Shown: positions 18,334 through 29,492, numbered from the stretch's first letter. The stretch is 64,000 nt of DNA from Bacteroidales bacterium (GCA_016288775.1 JAEELG010000128.1:8442-72441), one strand, 5' to 3'. Translations and numbers: made by a program. Notes: generated by a model from the letters alone, not told the origin.

Positions 18334-20586
18334 TTATTTGGCTACGATCTTGATGTTGTCCAGATACCAGCGGTTCTGGCCGCGGGTATTGCTGACGTAG
18401 GGATCTACGTTGGTAGGATGCAGGGCAATGCGTGATTCTGCGGTAACTCCGTTGAAGTTCACGCTCGCATGCTGCCATTCCAGCTTGGTCTGGTCGCCCT
18501 CGGTAGGCTGGGCGGAACTGAGTTCGACGTTCTCGCCTCCGAACACTTCGGCAGTGAGGGTCATGATGTCCGGCTTGCTGCCGCCTGTCATACACCAGCA
18601 CCAGTCAAAGGTCAGTTCCACGTTGGTGGCCGATGTAAGGGAACTCAGGACCGGAAGCACCAGACCGGAACTCCAGTCGCTCTTGCCGAACTTCAGATAG
18701 TTCTTCTGCAGGTACAGGGTGCGTCCGTTGCCGCTGTCAGGCTCGGTGGCCGCCCATTCCGTCATGCCCTTTCCACCCCATATGTATCCGTATCCCTTGT
18801 CGAGGAGGTCTGCAAGGATAGGCTGCAGAGCCGCGGTGGTGAAGATATTGGGAGAAGAACCGACGGAGTTGGCACTTACGTCGTCCGGAGCGTTTGCACC
18901 TGTCGCGTAAGGCTCAAGCCACTCGAAGTCCTCTTCGAACAGCACGGTGCCGGGCTTGATGCCGCCGCCACCGCCGCTTCCACCGCCAGCAGGAGCGTTG
19001 GTCACCTCGAATACGGGACCGGCGTCTTCGCCGTCGTCACCGTTGTCGGCGATACGGCAGGTGCCTCCGTTCGGTGCCCCGAGAGGGCCCTTGTCGTTGG
19101 CCTGTGCATTGGCTACGCAGCGCATGCGGAACATGGGCTCGCGGCAAGGTGCGGCAAGCGTCCAGACGCATTCTACGGCAATATTGGACGTGGGCTCCTT
19201 GAAGTTGTACTGGGCGTTGGTGCCGGATTCGGTCTCGGTTTCGATGGGATACTCATCGGCGGGTTTCCAATCGTTGCCGTCGAAGTACTCGAGCATCCAG
19301 TACCTCTGTCCGGTAGCGGATACACGGGTGAGATACTTGATGTGGAGGCTGGTTCCGGCGGGATACTCGTAGTTGTCGGTGGCGGAGAACAGCCAGTAGT
19401 CGCCAGGCCATGCGCCGGTGACGTAAGGATGTCCGGTGCCTCCGATTATTCGTGACGCCTTTGCGTTGACGTCGATTCCGGTCTTGTCGATCTGCCAGTA
19501 CTCGATCTTTCCGTTGCCTTCGACGTTGGAAGGAACGTAAAGTCCGCCGGATCCTTCAGTGGCGTCGGGCTTGCCGGCAGTGCCTCCGAAGAAGTCCTGG
19601 TAAGCGGTCATGGTGGTGGCAGTGAAGCGCCACTTGGCATAGAGGAGCTTGTCGGGCCTGGGAACCACGGCGGGGCCGTTGTCCTTAAGCGAGGTCGTGA
19701 TAATGCCGAACATGTTGGAACCTAGGAGTCCGCAGGTAAATCCGGACAGCGCGACCTTGTTGCCGTTGAGCTTGGAGAGACTCAGTTCGGCGGGGCAGTC
19801 GACCTGCTTGACGGAGTAGTCCACGTCGTTCACGGTAACGATGAGGTTGCCGCCGGCCACGACGCCGTTCACCTCTACGAAATCGATGGTCTCGCCCTTG
19901 TAGGTGGCTATGACGTCATTGAGATTGAGAGGGTTGGGATAGGCATAGGCACCGGAAGAGAGCACCTTGCACTCGTCGACCTGTGCAATCGTGGGTATGC
20001 CGTTTGCGCTGCCTTTGATACCTTTTATGGATACCTTGTCGCCAACCTTGACGTCGGCTTTGTTCTTGGCATAGACATTGGCTTCGCCAGCGCTGAGCAT
20101 GAAGCCGGCGGAGGTGACTGCCGATACGGCAGCCTCATCGAGAACGAAGGCCTTGCCGTCGGCCAGGGTTGCAACCTTGTCAAGCGCAAGGTGGCTTGCG
20201 CTGCGGTACGAATCGCCTTCCTGGCTCACTATGATGATGAGCCGGCTGGCGAGGGTGTTGCCGGAGAAGATGAGGGTGTCCTTGCGGGGCTCCAGGAGTC
20301 CGCCCGAGTCGGAGTTGTCACTTGCGGTGACTGTGACTACGGTTTCGCCGCTTCCCGTGGAAGGGTCGACGGAAATCCATGAAGGGGCGGTGGTGTGCCA
20401 GTCTCCGTCCGAGACGACGGTAACAGTCTGCGCCGCCGGGTTCTTTCCGGCGAAATTCATCACGGATACGTCACCCAGCACCGCCTTTGCCACTGTATCC
20501 ACGGTCTCAGGCACGCAGGATGCCAGGGTCGCACCCATGAACGCGGTAAACGCAAGTACCTTGAATATGTTGGTAAAACGTTTCAT
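18334..20586 (-). CDS. Surface lipoprotein with BACON domain, tandem OB-like module and C-terminal beta-sandwich domains
   Basis: Lipobox LASC; BACON-like SDGDW..PSWISVDP; KVGDKVSIKG OB-like motif; Gly linker; ends in WYLDNIKI. Confidence 0.75.
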   Translation of the reverse strand: MKRFTNIFKVLAFTAFMGATLASCVPETVDTVAKAVLGDVSVMNFAGKNPAAQTVTVVSDGDWHTTAPSWISVDPSTGSGETVVTVTASDNSDSGGLLEPRKDTLIFSGNTLASRLIIIVSQEGDSYRSASHLALDKVATLADGKAFVLDEAAVSAVTSAGFMLSAGEANVYAKNKADVKVGDKVSIKGIKGSANGIPTIAQVDECKVLSSGAYAYPNPLNLNDVIATYKGETIDFVEVNGVVAGGNLIVTVNDVDYSVKQVDCPAELSLSKLNGNKVALSGFTCGLLGSNMFGIITTSLKDNGPAVVPRPDKLLYAKWRFTATTMTAYQDFFGGTAGKPDATEGSGGLYVPSNVEGNGKIEYWQIDKTGIDVNAKASRIIGGTGHPYVTGAWPGDYWLFSATDNYEYPAGTSLHIKYLTRVSATGQRYWMLEYFDGNDWKPADEYPIETETESGTNAQYNFKEPTSNIAVECVWTLAAPCREPMFRMRCVANAQANDKGPLGAPNGGTCRIADNGDDGEDAGPVFEVTNAPAGGGSGGGGGIKPGTVLFEEDFEWLEPYATGANAPDDVSANSVGSSPNIFTTAALQPILADLLDKGYGYIWGGKGMTEWAATEPDSGNGRTLYLQKNYLKFGKSDWSSGLVLPVLSSLTSATNVELTFDWCWCMTGGSKPDIMTLTAEVFGGENVELSSAQPTEGDQTKLEWQHASVNFNGVTAESRIALHPTNVDPYVSNTRGQNRWYLDNIKIVAK

Positions 20587-20588
20587 AT

Positions 20589-22454
20589 TTACTTCCAGTT
20601 AGGGTTCTGTTTGAGATTGGGATTGAGCAGCAGGTCATTCTCCGGAATGGGATAGAAATAGTGCTTGCTCTCGTCGAATGAGTGGGGCACGCCCTTGAGC
20701 GCGTCGCGGACTCCTGCAGTGGCGTAGTTGCCGGTGTTGGGATCGACTAGGTAGAAGATCTCGTCGGTGGATGACTCGTCGCCCGTCGCGGGGTCGAAGA
20801 TCTTGTACTTGGTGCCGCTTGCGTTGGTGCTGCCGGTGTAGAAGGTGTACTTGCTGCTGTCTCCGAAGTCATAGGAGCCGGGACCGGGAATGTACATGCC
20901 GTAGAACGGCTGGTTGAGGCAATATCCTGCCTTCCAGCGCATCAGGTCGAAGTAGCGTCCGTAACCCTCCTGGAAGAGTTCGATCGCCCTCTCGCGGCGG
21001 ATCTCGAGGATGACGCCCTGGTTGGCGCCGGTTACGTTGGGATATCCGGTTTCAGCTGACATCAGGTACGGGTCGGGATTGGCATTGGCTGCAGCCATAT
21101 CGAGGCCGGGCATACCAACGCGGGCGCGTATTTTGTTGACGGTGAGGTCAAGGTCGCCCTGGGTGAGGGTGCCGAGTTCCGCTTTCGCCTCAGCATACGT
21201 GAGCAGTGCTTCCGCATACCTGAATACAGGCATGTCGTTGTCGCAGTTGTCAGTGGAATAAGGCTTGAGATCGTAGGACTGGATGTACTTGATGGTCTGG
21301 TAGCCTGTCTGGCAATAAGGGAACTCGGGGCCGTCCTTGCTGGTGCCGGGCTTCTTCCAGCTGTAGCCGGGAGTGCGGATGGTCTGTGCGAGACGGGGAT
21401 CGCGGTCTGCGACTTCCTCTGCGAACGGCATTACGTTCCAGCCGGGTTTGTCGGTGAAGCGGGTGCCGTCCTTCATCAGGTACATGTCGACGAGCTTCTT
21501 TGTCATACCGTAGCGGGCAGAGGTCTGGTTGGTGATGTCGCGTCCGCAGTCGTGCTTGATCTTGAGGTCGCGGTCATAGTTGACGGCCAGGATTATCTCG
21601 TCCGTGTTGGCGTTGCTGGAGTTGAAGAGCGTCAGGTAATCAGTCGCGGTATTGCCGGTGGAGAAAAGCTTGTAGGCTCCGGAATCCATGAGCTGCTTTG
21701 CGGCGGCCTGGGCCAGGTCGAGATAGTACTTGTAGTCATGGGTAGTTCCATCGGCTGCGGTGTAGGATGTCTCGAACGGGGCAGGGGAGCTGTGATACTT
21801 GCGGAACGTTCCCTCGAAGAGGCAGAACTGTGCCTTGAGGAACATTGCGGTATACTTGTTCACGCGGTATGCCGTCTGGGGCGCGGATGCCTTGCCGGGC
21901 ATGTTCTCGATGGCGAAGTCGATGTCCTCGAGCATGTGCTGCATGATGGTCTCACGGGAATCGCGGGGATTGTACAGGGCTTCGTCGGCGGAACCGAGTT
22001 CCACGTCATACCATGGCACGTCGCCGAACTTGCGTATCATCATGGCGTAGAAATATGCACGCCAGAACTTTACGATGGCTGTGTACTCGGTTACGGCTTT
22101 CTTGTCTTCGCAGTTGTCGATATGGCCAAGCAGGGTGTTCATCTTGCGGAGGTCACCCCATGCACCGGTACCGGAGCCCCAGCCGCCGCCCGTTGCCGGA
22201 ACGGTACGGTCGTTGCCGCCGCGGATCAGGTCGGAAGGATTCATCTTCACGAACAGGTCGCTCTCTCTTGCGAAGGGCTCCTTGTCCAGAAGGTTGTTAT
22301 AGAAGGAGTTGGAGAAGAGCTGAAGGTCTTCTGCCGTCTTGAAATAGGACTCAGGCGTAATCTGGGATTCGGGAACCAGGGTCAACGTGTCTTCCAGGTT
22401 GCAGGAAACGAATGCCAGTGATGCAAGGGCCAGTATAATTATACTCTTTTTCAT
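20589..22454 (-). CDS. susD: SusD/RagB family lipoprotein
   Basis: Lipobox FVSC, FWRAYFY..FGDVPW, RYAEALLTYAEA, ERAIELFQEG..RYFDLMRW, NPNLKQNPNW. Confidence 0.95.
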   Translation of the reverse strand: MKKSIIILALASLAFVSCNLEDTLTLVPESQITPESYFKTAEDLQLFSNSFYNNLLDKEPFARESDLFVKMNPSDLIRGGNDRTVPATGGGWGSGTGAWGDLRKMNTLLGHIDNCEDKKAVTEYTAIVKFWRAYFYAMMIRKFGDVPWYDVELGSADEALYNPRDSRETIMQHMLEDIDFAIENMPGKASAPQTAYRVNKYTAMFLKAQFCLFEGTFRKYHSSPAPFETSYTAADGTTHDYKYYLDLAQAAAKQLMDSGAYKLFSTGNTATDYLTLFNSSNANTDEIILAVNYDRDLKIKHDCGRDITNQTSARYGMTKKLVDMYLMKDGTRFTDKPGWNVMPFAEEVADRDPRLAQTIRTPGYSWKKPGTSKDGPEFPYCQTGYQTIKYIQSYDLKPYSTDNCDNDMPVFRYAEALLTYAEAKAELGTLTQGDLDLTVNKIRARVGMPGLDMAAANANPDPYLMSAETGYPNVTGANQGVILEIRRERAIELFQEGYGRYFDLMRWKAGYCLNQPFYGMYIPGPGSYDFGDSSKYTFYTGSTNASGTKYKIFDPATGDESSTDEIFYLVDPNTGNYATAGVRDALKGVPHSFDESKHYFYPIPENDLLLNPNLKQNPNWK

Positions 22455-22465
22455 AATGTCGTCCT

Positions 22466-25400
22466 TTAGAAAGTGATGTCAAGGCCGACCATGAAGGTCT
22501 TCTGCCAGGGATAGGAAGTGTTGTTCAGGTCATCCACGGGGTCTCCGGAGCGGTTGAAGCAGCTTTCCGGATCCAGATGGGTGGTGTACTTGGTGATAGG
22601 TGACCAGTAAGCGATGTTCTCGCCGGAGACATAAAGCCTTATCTGCTCGAATCCTATCTTCTTCACGACATTCTGCGGAACCGTGTAACCTACGGTGAGG
22701 TTCTTGAAGCGCAGGTAGCGGATATTCTGGATGTAGCGGTCGTTCACGCGGCCGAGCTCGCCGCCGCCGTTGGAAGCCACATTGGAACGGGGCCTCGGGA
22801 AGTATGCGTCGGGGTTGTCCTCGCTCCAGCAGTTGTCAAGGAAGTTCTTGGCAAGGAAGGTGGGATAGCCGAGGGAATAGGGACCCCAGAAGTCGAAGTT
22901 GTAACGGGCGGGATACCAGTAGTGGTCGCCGGTTCCTTCGAAGAACACGCTCACGTCGAAGCCGGCATACGAGAATCCGGTGGTGACGCCGTAGTGCAGG
23001 CGGGGCAGGGAGTTGCCGAGATAGATCTTGTCTCCGTGCTCTGCCAGGGTGTTGGCACCGATACCGATGACTCCGTCACCGTCGAGGTCGGCGTACTTCA
23101 CGTCACCGGCCTTCCAGCCGCCGTTGAGGTTGGCGTTGCAGTAGGACTGGTCAACCCTGCTGGTGTACTCCCTGGCCTCTTCGTCGGATGCGAACAGGCC
23201 TTCCACATGGAAGCCCCAGATCTCGCCGAGTTCCATGCCCTCGTAGTAGTTGGAGAGGAGCTTGGTGTCGTTGTTGAACTTGGTGATGTTGGAGCGGTAT
23301 TCGCTGAGGGTGGGCTTTACGAAATACTCGAAGTTCTGACCGAACAACTTGAACGAGTCTCTCCAGCTCAGGGAAAGTTCATATCCCTTGGTGCGGAGGT
23401 CTGCTGCATTCATCTTTGGCGTGCTGGCACCGTAGACGGACGGGAGGTCCATGCCGTCGGTAAGCATGCCGTCGGTGTCGCGGATGTAGAGTTCGCCGGT
23501 GAATTCCAGCTTGTTGCCGAACATCGCCAGGTCGAGACCGAGGTTGGTCTGCTTGGAAGTCTCCCAGGTCTTGTCGGAAGCGACGGGCGCATCTACGTTG
23601 GTGTAGCGGGCCATCACGTTGTCGCCGAAGTTGAAGGCCGAGAAGGTCTTGAAGTTGATTAGGCGGATATAAGAATAGTTGGCGACGTTCTGGTTGCCCA
23701 GGGTACCGTAGGAAGCACGGATCTTGAAGTTGTTGACGACGTGCTTGATGGGGGCGAAGAAAGGCTCCTCGCTAACGCGCCAGCCGATGGATGCGGAAGG
23801 GAAGAAGCCCCACTTGTGGCCTGCCGCGAAGCGGGATGAACCGTCGTAACGGGCGGAAGTCTCAAAGAGGTAACGTCCCTTGTAGTCGTAGTTGATACGG
23901 CCGAAGAAGCCGGCGGTGCGCCATGCGGTCTGTCCGCCGTTGACCTCAGGGGTACGCTTCTCCGTAGAGATGAGGTCGAGGTCGGAGAGCTCGGTGGTGA
24001 TAAGGTCGTAACCCTTTGACCAGACATCCTTGTAATGGTAGTCGTCGTAGTTGAAACCGGCCATTACCTTGAAGTTGTGGGCGTCGGCCCAGCTGTGCTC
24101 GTAAGTGCCGTAGACGTTCCAGGTCTGGCGGATGTTCTCAGAGTTCTTCTCGGTCATGTAGTTGTCGAACGCACCGCCGTTGTTGTACACAACCACCTCT
24201 CCGGGATACTGGGAGTACTCGATGAGGTTGCGCCTGTGGGTGTCATGGTTGATGTAGGTGCGGTAGCTGTAGTTCGCCTTGAGGGTGAGGCCTGCAAGCG
24301 GAGTGACGGTGAGTTCCGTCGTATTTGCGAGGTCGGTGCGCTTCTCTATGTTGAGGTTGTTGCTGGCGTAGGCCCAGTGACGTCCGTTACATACGCGGTA
24401 GCCGAGTGCATCGACGAAGTAAAGCCAGGTGCCGTCGGGGTTCTTGAGCGGGAAGCACGCAGGTGCGTGACGGTCGCCGTATGCGAAGGAGTCCTGGATG
24501 TCGGCAAGGCCGGGGAAGTCGTACTGGCCCACGAAGAAGTTCGTGTTGTTGCTGATGCGGGCCCACTTGTTGATGCGGGCGTCGATCTTTGCGCGCAGGT
24601 TGTACTTCTCATAAACGTCGGGGCGGGCCTTCACCATACCTTCCTGGCGGTCGTACTGTCCGGAGAGATAGTACTTCACGGCCTTGGTGCCGCCGCTTAC
24701 GCTTAGGCTGTGGGTGGTGGTGGGGTGGACGTCGTTGTAGAGTTCATGCCACCAGTCTGTGTTTGCGTAGTACTTGTACTTGCCGTCCTTGATGACGACC
24801 CAGGGGCGCTCGGGGTTCTCGGTCTTGTCGTTCACGCGCTTGAGGAGCTCTCTCATGTCCTCGGCGGTGTAGTTCACGTAGTTGGAACCCTTGGACTCGT
24901 ACCAGAATTTGTTGATGGTGTAGACGGACCAGTAACCGGTGGTTTCCCATTCGGTGGATGTGGTCGGCATTTCAACGCCGTAACGGCCGCTGTAGCGGAC
25001 GGTGGCCTTGTTCTTGTCGACGTTGCCGTTCTTGGTAGTCACGAGAATGACACCATATGCGGCGCGGGCACCGTAAACGGCAGCGGAAGATGCATCCTTG
25101 ATGACGGAGATAGATTCCACGTCCTGAGGGTTGATGCGGTTGATGTTACCCTCGATGCCGTCGATGAGCACCAGCGGGTCGCCGCCGTTGATGGAGGTAT
25201 AGCCTCGGATGTTGAGGCTTCCGGTGGAACCCGGGTTACCGCTGGACGTGCTGATGTTGAGTCCGGGTACGGAACCCTGGAGCATGGTGGTGAGGTTGTG
25301 GGCGCTGCGGTTTTCGAGCGCCTTGCTCTCCACTGCCGTGATGGCACCGGTAAGGTTTACCTTCTTCTGCGTACCGTAACCCACGACGATAGTTTCTTCG

Positions 25401-25711
25401 AGGGTCATGTTGTCTTCTGCAAGGGTAACGTTGACCGTTCCCTGAGCGGCTCCGACACGTACGCTCTGCGATACGTAGCCGAGGCTGGAGAAGACCAGAG
25501 TAACGTCACGTGACGGAATCTGGAGGGAGAATGATCCGTCCTCGTTCGTCATCGTGCCGTTGGTCGTTCCTTCCAGGACCACTCCGACGCCAGGGCAGGG
25601 GAGCCCGTCAGCGTCAGTGACCTTTCCGGAAACCGTTCGGTTCTGTGCCTGCAAGCCCAAGCTTGTAAGCAGCAGGAGTGCCGAAGCGGCGAGAATCTTC
25701 ATAAATCTCAT
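22466..25711 (-). CDS. susC: SusC/RagA TonB-dependent transporter
   Basis: VVGYGTQKKVNLTGA, KDASSAAVYGARAAYGVILVTTK, RYDGSSRF, C-terminal Phe. Confidence 0.97.
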   Translation of the reverse strand: MRFMKILAASALLLLTSLGLQAQNRTVSGKVTDADGLPCPGVGVVLEGTTNGTMTNEDGSFSLQIPSRDVTLVFSSLGYVSQSVRVGAAQGTVNVTLAEDNMTLEETIVVGYGTQKKVNLTGAITAVESKALENRSAHNLTTMLQGSVPGLNISTSSGNPGSTGSLNIRGYTSINGGDPLVLIDGIEGNINRINPQDVESISVIKDASSAAVYGARAAYGVILVTTKNGNVDKNKATVRYSGRYGVEMPTTSTEWETTGYWSVYTINKFWYESKGSNYVNYTAEDMRELLKRVNDKTENPERPWVVIKDGKYKYYANTDWWHELYNDVHPTTTHSLSVSGGTKAVKYYLSGQYDRQEGMVKARPDVYEKYNLRAKIDARINKWARISNNTNFFVGQYDFPGLADIQDSFAYGDRHAPACFPLKNPDGTWLYFVDALGYRVCNGRHWAYASNNLNIEKRTDLANTTELTVTPLAGLTLKANYSYRTYINHDTHRRNLIEYSQYPGEVVVYNNGGAFDNYMTEKNSENIRQTWNVYGTYEHSWADAHNFKVMAGFNYDDYHYKDVWSKGYDLITTELSDLDLISTEKRTPEVNGGQTAWRTAGFFGRINYDYKGRYLFETSARYDGSSRFAAGHKWGFFPSASIGWRVSEEPFFAPIKHVVNNFKIRASYGTLGNQNVANYSYIRLINFKTFSAFNFGDNVMARYTNVDAPVASDKTWETSKQTNLGLDLAMFGNKLEFTGELYIRDTDGMLTDGMDLPSVYGASTPKMNAADLRTKGYELSLSWRDSFKLFGQNFEYFVKPTLSEYRSNITKFNNDTKLLSNYYEGMELGEIWGFHVEGLFASDEEAREYTSRVDQSYCNANLNGGWKAGDVKYADLDGDGVIGIGANTLAEHGDKIYLGNSLPRLHYGVTTGFSYAGFDVSVFFEGTGDHYWYPARYNFDFWGPYSLGYPTFLAKNFLDNCWSEDNPDAYFPRPRSNVASNGGGELGRVNDRYIQNIRYLRFKNLTVGYTVPQNVVKKIGFEQIRLYVSGENIAYWSPITKYTTHLDPESCFNRSGDPVDDLNNTSYPWQKTFMVGLDITF

Positions 25712-25759
25712 AACGATTTTGGGTTAGATTGTTTGGTTAAAAAAATTAGTGGATTGATA

Positions 25760-27715
25760 TTAATAACTGTTTTTGTAATCGGACAGGGTGAAGACCTTGG
25801 GTCGGTTCATGGTTTCTGTAAAGGTGTTGCCGCTGCGGTCGGTGACGGTGACCGTGACGGTCGAATTGGCCGATGAGGCCTGGGCCTTGAAGAAGTGGGG
25901 CCACTTGACGGTTGTGAAGTTGGGGGAGTCAGTGGCCTTGTACCTGGGAGCCGTGAGCGCCATGATATGGGCGGGGTCGTATGCGTAGTCCTTCGTTACG
26001 TTCAGTTCCGTGCCGTTCTCGCTTATCTTTACGGTCCAGTTGTCGTCGTAATCCCAAACGTTCACGAGTATCGTGTTGGCGGGATAAGCCGACATCGCGT
26101 TCACGAAGTCGTTGAACTTGCTCTTGTTGCCTCCCGCTTCAGGAGTAACGACCTTCTTGACCTCGTTCATGTCGTAAGCGCGGAACTGGTATTTCTCGTC
26201 GTGCCCCGCGGAGCGGTACGACCACTTGAAGCTCTTTCCGTTGAACTCCCACACGGCAAAGCCTCCAGGGGTGCCGTCCTGCGAAAGGTGAAGGCCGGGA
26301 GTCGTTTTGCCTGACCACCACCATGACGCGCAGATCGCGGCCTCGTTGTGCTCGGAGAACTTGGCGTTGTGGGTGCGGTGGAAGAGGTTATGGGTGTGCC
26401 CGCTGAGGAAATGGACGTCGTAACCGGCCAGCGCGGAAATGAACTCGGACATGTTGGCCTCGCCGGCCGAATTGGCTCCGCTCATGTAACCGTTGTTGAA
26501 GGAAGTGGCGCCGTTGGGCTTGCTGAGGGGGGCGTGCGATGTGATGAACACGGGGGTTCCCTGGTCCACGAACGACAGGTCCTTGCGCAGCCATGCCATC
26601 TGCTCGGCGGTGTAGTCGAGGACGTATGCGCTGCGGAGGGCGTCGCCGGTGCCTACGTCGTTGTAGTCGATGTTGTCAAGCACTATGAAGTGCGCCTTGC
26701 CGAGATTGAACGAATAGAAGGTGGGCGCTATGTCGCGGGTGTACCGGAACGCCTTGTTGTAGTCTCCCACGGAATTCATGTCGTTGTCGTGGTTGCCCAT
26801 GGTGTGGAAGAAGGTGACGTTCTGGAAATTGGTGTTTGCCGTTTCCAGGTACTGGGGGAAGGTGTAGCTGTTGCTGTACCAGTAAAGGTCCCAGGTCATG
26901 TCGCCGAGAGTCATGCAGTAGGCCTTGCCGGCAGCCTTTGAAATCGCCGAGTTGAGAGTCTTGGCCACGTCGGCGAACTGGGCGATGTCGTTGTTGCGCT
27001 TGGCCAGGTGCATGTCGCCGCATACGAACATGGTGAACTTGTCGTTGTCGGTCTTGATGAGCTCGAAGTCCTTGCGCTCGGGAACGTTCGAGGGGTACGA
27101 CAGTGCAGCATGGAACTCGGGAAGGATGCCCTGGCGGGGGACGTCGTACCCCGAAGGGATGATCACGAAGACATACTGCCACTCTTTTTGCGACTGCAGC
27201 TGATATATGCCGTTCGCGTCGGTCTTGACGATGTCCTTTCCGTCGGATACCAGCACTCCTGGAACGCCCGCACCGTCGCAGGTCACGATTCCGTAGATTG
27301 TGGTTCCGCTTGCGGGTTCTACAACAAGGGCCTTGAGTATGGTAAGGTCTGTTGTGCCTATATAGTAGTTGGCAGAGTCCCTGCGCACGTAAATCTTGTA
27401 GTTGCCGCTGACAATCCCGTCGGCCAGGGCGAACTCAAGATGGGAGCCGTCCTTGAAAGACACTATGGGACAGACGTAGTCCTGGTTGGCGACGGAGCGC
27501 AGGATTATCTGGTCGTCGTTTTTAATGTTGGTTTTGCCCACAAGTGTCAGGGTAATGCTGGATCCTTCTTCGATTTCCGTGGCCGAAGGAACGGATATGT
27601 ATGTCGTGACGATATCGTCCGATTTGTTGTCCTCGGGCTTGTTGGGATCGCAGGAAAAGGACAGGAAGCATAAAACAGCTGCCAGTGAGAGTGTTACAAA
27701 GTGGTTAGTCCTCAT
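25760..27715 (-). CDS. Calcineurin-like metallophosphoesterase lipoprotein
   Basis: ATG 27715, lipobox SFSC; metal motifs GDMH, GDMT, GNHD, SH, GHTH; GVLVSDG N-terminal domain; DGTPGG. Confidence 0.88.
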   Translation of the reverse strand: MRTNHFVTLSLAAVLCFLSFSCDPNKPEDNKSDDIVTTYISVPSATEIEEGSSITLTLVGKTNIKNDDQIILRSVANQDYVCPIVSFKDGSHLEFALADGIVSGNYKIYVRRDSANYYIGTTDLTILKALVVEPASGTTIYGIVTCDGAGVPGVLVSDGKDIVKTDANGIYQLQSQKEWQYVFVIIPSGYDVPRQGILPEFHAALSYPSNVPERKDFELIKTDNDKFTMFVCGDMHLAKRNNDIAQFADVAKTLNSAISKAAGKAYCMTLGDMTWDLYWYSNSYTFPQYLETANTNFQNVTFFHTMGNHDNDMNSVGDYNKAFRYTRDIAPTFYSFNLGKAHFIVLDNIDYNDVGTGDALRSAYVLDYTAEQMAWLRKDLSFVDQGTPVFITSHAPLSKPNGATSFNNGYMSGANSAGEANMSEFISALAGYDVHFLSGHTHNLFHRTHNAKFSEHNEAAICASWWWSGKTTPGLHLSQDGTPGGFAVWEFNGKSFKWSYRSAGHDEKYQFRAYDMNEVKKVVTPEAGGNKSKFNDFVNAMSAYPANTILVNVWDYDDNWTVKISENGTELNVTKDYAYDPAHIMALTAPRYKATDSPNFTTVKWPHFFKAQASSANSTVTVTVTDRSGNTFTETMNRPKVFTLSDYKNSY

Positions 27716-27834
27716 TGTGGTTTTCTTTCCAAAACAAACATGTAAATATAATATAATTTGTAGTATTATTGAACCACTTTTTAAATTATTTAACATTTTG
27801 TCCGGTCCGTGTTGCGGATTTCGTGGAAAAATGG

Positions 27835-27842
27835 TATTTTTG
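27835..27842 (+). promoter_or_regulatory. -7 promoter element TATTTTTG for rny
   Basis: TAnnTTTG match ending 20 nt before ATG 27863 in an AT-rich divergent spacer. Confidence 0.6.
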
Positions 27843-27862
27843 TAGATTAAAACACTATATAT

Positions 27863-29401
27863 ATGATTTTGTACTATATCCTAGCAGCCGTTGCCGGCGC
27901 CATAATAGCCCTGGCAATTTATATAGCGGTAAGCCGCATAGCCCAGAAGGGCCGCGCCGCCGCAATCATAGAAAAAGCGGAACTCGAAGGGGAGAACATC
28001 AAACAGCAGAAAATCCTCCAGGCCAAAGAGAAATTCCTTCAGCTCAAAAGCGAGCACGACCAAAAGTGCAACCAGCGCAACAATGAACTCCGCGAACGCG
28101 AGAACAATATCAAGAACCGCGAAAACCAACTTAACCAGCAGGCCCAGGAACTGGGTAAGAAACAGCATGATCTCGATTCCCAGCGCGGCCAGGTGAACGC
28201 CCAGAAGGCAGTCCTCGATGCCAAGATGGAAGAGGCCGAGGTGCTCCGTGCCCAGGCCAACCGCCAGCTCGAAACCATCGCCGGAATGAGCGCACAGGAT
28301 GCCAAGAACATGCTGGTCGAGAACATGAAGGCGGAGGCCCGCACCGAGGCCCAGGCATACATCAACGAGACCATGGATGAGGCCCGCCTGAATGCCGCAA
28401 AGGAAGCCAAGCGCATCGTTATCAACACCATACAGCGCACTGCAACCGAGACTGCCATAGAGAACGCGGTTACCACGTTCCCTATCGACAACGACGAGGT
28501 AAAGGGCCGCATCATCGGACGCGAAGGACGCAACATCCGCGCTCTCGAGGCCGCTACCGGCGTAGAGATCGTTGTCGACGATACTCCCGATGCCATCCTC
28601 ATCAGCGCCTTCGATCCCGTACGCCGCGAGGTGGCCCGTCTGTCCCTGCACCAGCTGGTGATCGACGGCCGCATCCATCCCGCCCGCATCGAGGAGGTGG
28701 TCGCAAAGGTCAGCAAGCAGCTTGAGGAGGAAATCCTGGAGACCGGAAAGCGCACTTGCATCGACCTCGGTATCCATGGCCTGAATCTCGAGCTTGTCCG
28801 GATGATAGGCCGCATGAAATACCGCAGCTCCTACGGGCAGAACCTGCTTCAGCACTCCCGCGAAGTTGCGAACATCTGCGCCATCATGGCTTCCGAACTT
28901 GGCCTCAATCCCAAGATTGCCAAGCGCGCCGGTCTGCTTCACGATATCGGCAAGGTCTCTGAAGAGGAGCCTGAACTGCCTCACGCCATTCTCGGCGCCA
29001 AGCTTGCCGAGCAGTACAAGGAGCGCCCCGAAATCTGCAACTGTATCGGCGCCCACCATGAGGAGATGGAGATGACCTCCATCTACGCCCCTCTGGTGCT
29101 GGTCGGCGACGCCATCTCCGGCGCCCGTCCCGGTGCCCGCCGTGAGGTTATCGAGTCTTACATCAAGCGCCTCAAGGGCATGGAAGACCTCGCCGCCTCA
29201 TATCCCGGCGTCACCAAGTCCTATGCCATCCAGGCAGGCCGCGAGCTTCGCGTAATCGTCGGCGCCGACGAAGTGAGCGACGATCAGGCCGCCCGCCTCT
29301 CCACCGACATCGCCCAGCGTATCCAGGACGAGATGACCTATCCCGGCCAGGTGAAGATCACCGTGATCCGCGAAACCCGCAGCGTCGCGATAGCGAAATA
29401 A
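27863..29401 (+). CDS. rny: Ribonuclease Y
   Basis: N-terminal TM, coiled coil, KH domain ([13 protein letters not shown]), HD domain (LLHDIGK), [10 protein letters not shown]. Confidence 0.97.
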   Translation: MILYYILAAVAGAIIALAIYIAVSRIAQKGRAAAIIEKAELEGENIKQQKILQAKEKFLQLKSEHDQKCNQRNNELRERENNIKNRENQLNQQAQELGKKQHDLDSQRGQVNAQKAVLDAKMEEAEVLRAQANRQLETIAGMSAQDAKNMLVENMKAEARTEAQAYINETMDEARLNAAKEAKRIVINTIQRTATETAIENAVTTFPIDNDEVKGRIIGREGRNIRALEAATGVEIVVDDTPDAILISAFDPVRREVARLSLHQLVIDGRIHPARIEEVVAKVSKQLEEEILETGKRTCIDLGIHGLNLELVRMIGRMKYRSSYGQNLLQHSREVANICAIMASELGLNPKIAKRAGLLHDIGKVSEEEPELPHAILGAKLAEQYKERPEICNCIGAHHEEMEMTSIYAPLVLVGDAISGARPGARREVIESYIKRLKGMEDLAASYPGVTKSYAIQAGRELRVIVGADEVSDDQAARLSTDIAQRIQDEMTYPGQVKITVIRETRSVAIAK

Positions 29402-29424
29402 GCCGGAATCCTTTTGAGTATTAC

Positions 29425-29492
29425 GAATCGGGAACAAAACGGCAGTTTTGTTCCCGATTCTCTTACTTTATCATAATTCTGGAACAAATAAG
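29425..29492. repeat. GGAACAAA palindromic repeat doublet (left)
   Basis: Perfect 16-bp-arm palindrome GAATCGGGAACAAAAC-GGCA-GTTTTGTTCCCGATTC (29425-29460) plus a half copy GGAACAAATAAG at 29481, 50 nt after the first core. Confidence 0.85.
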
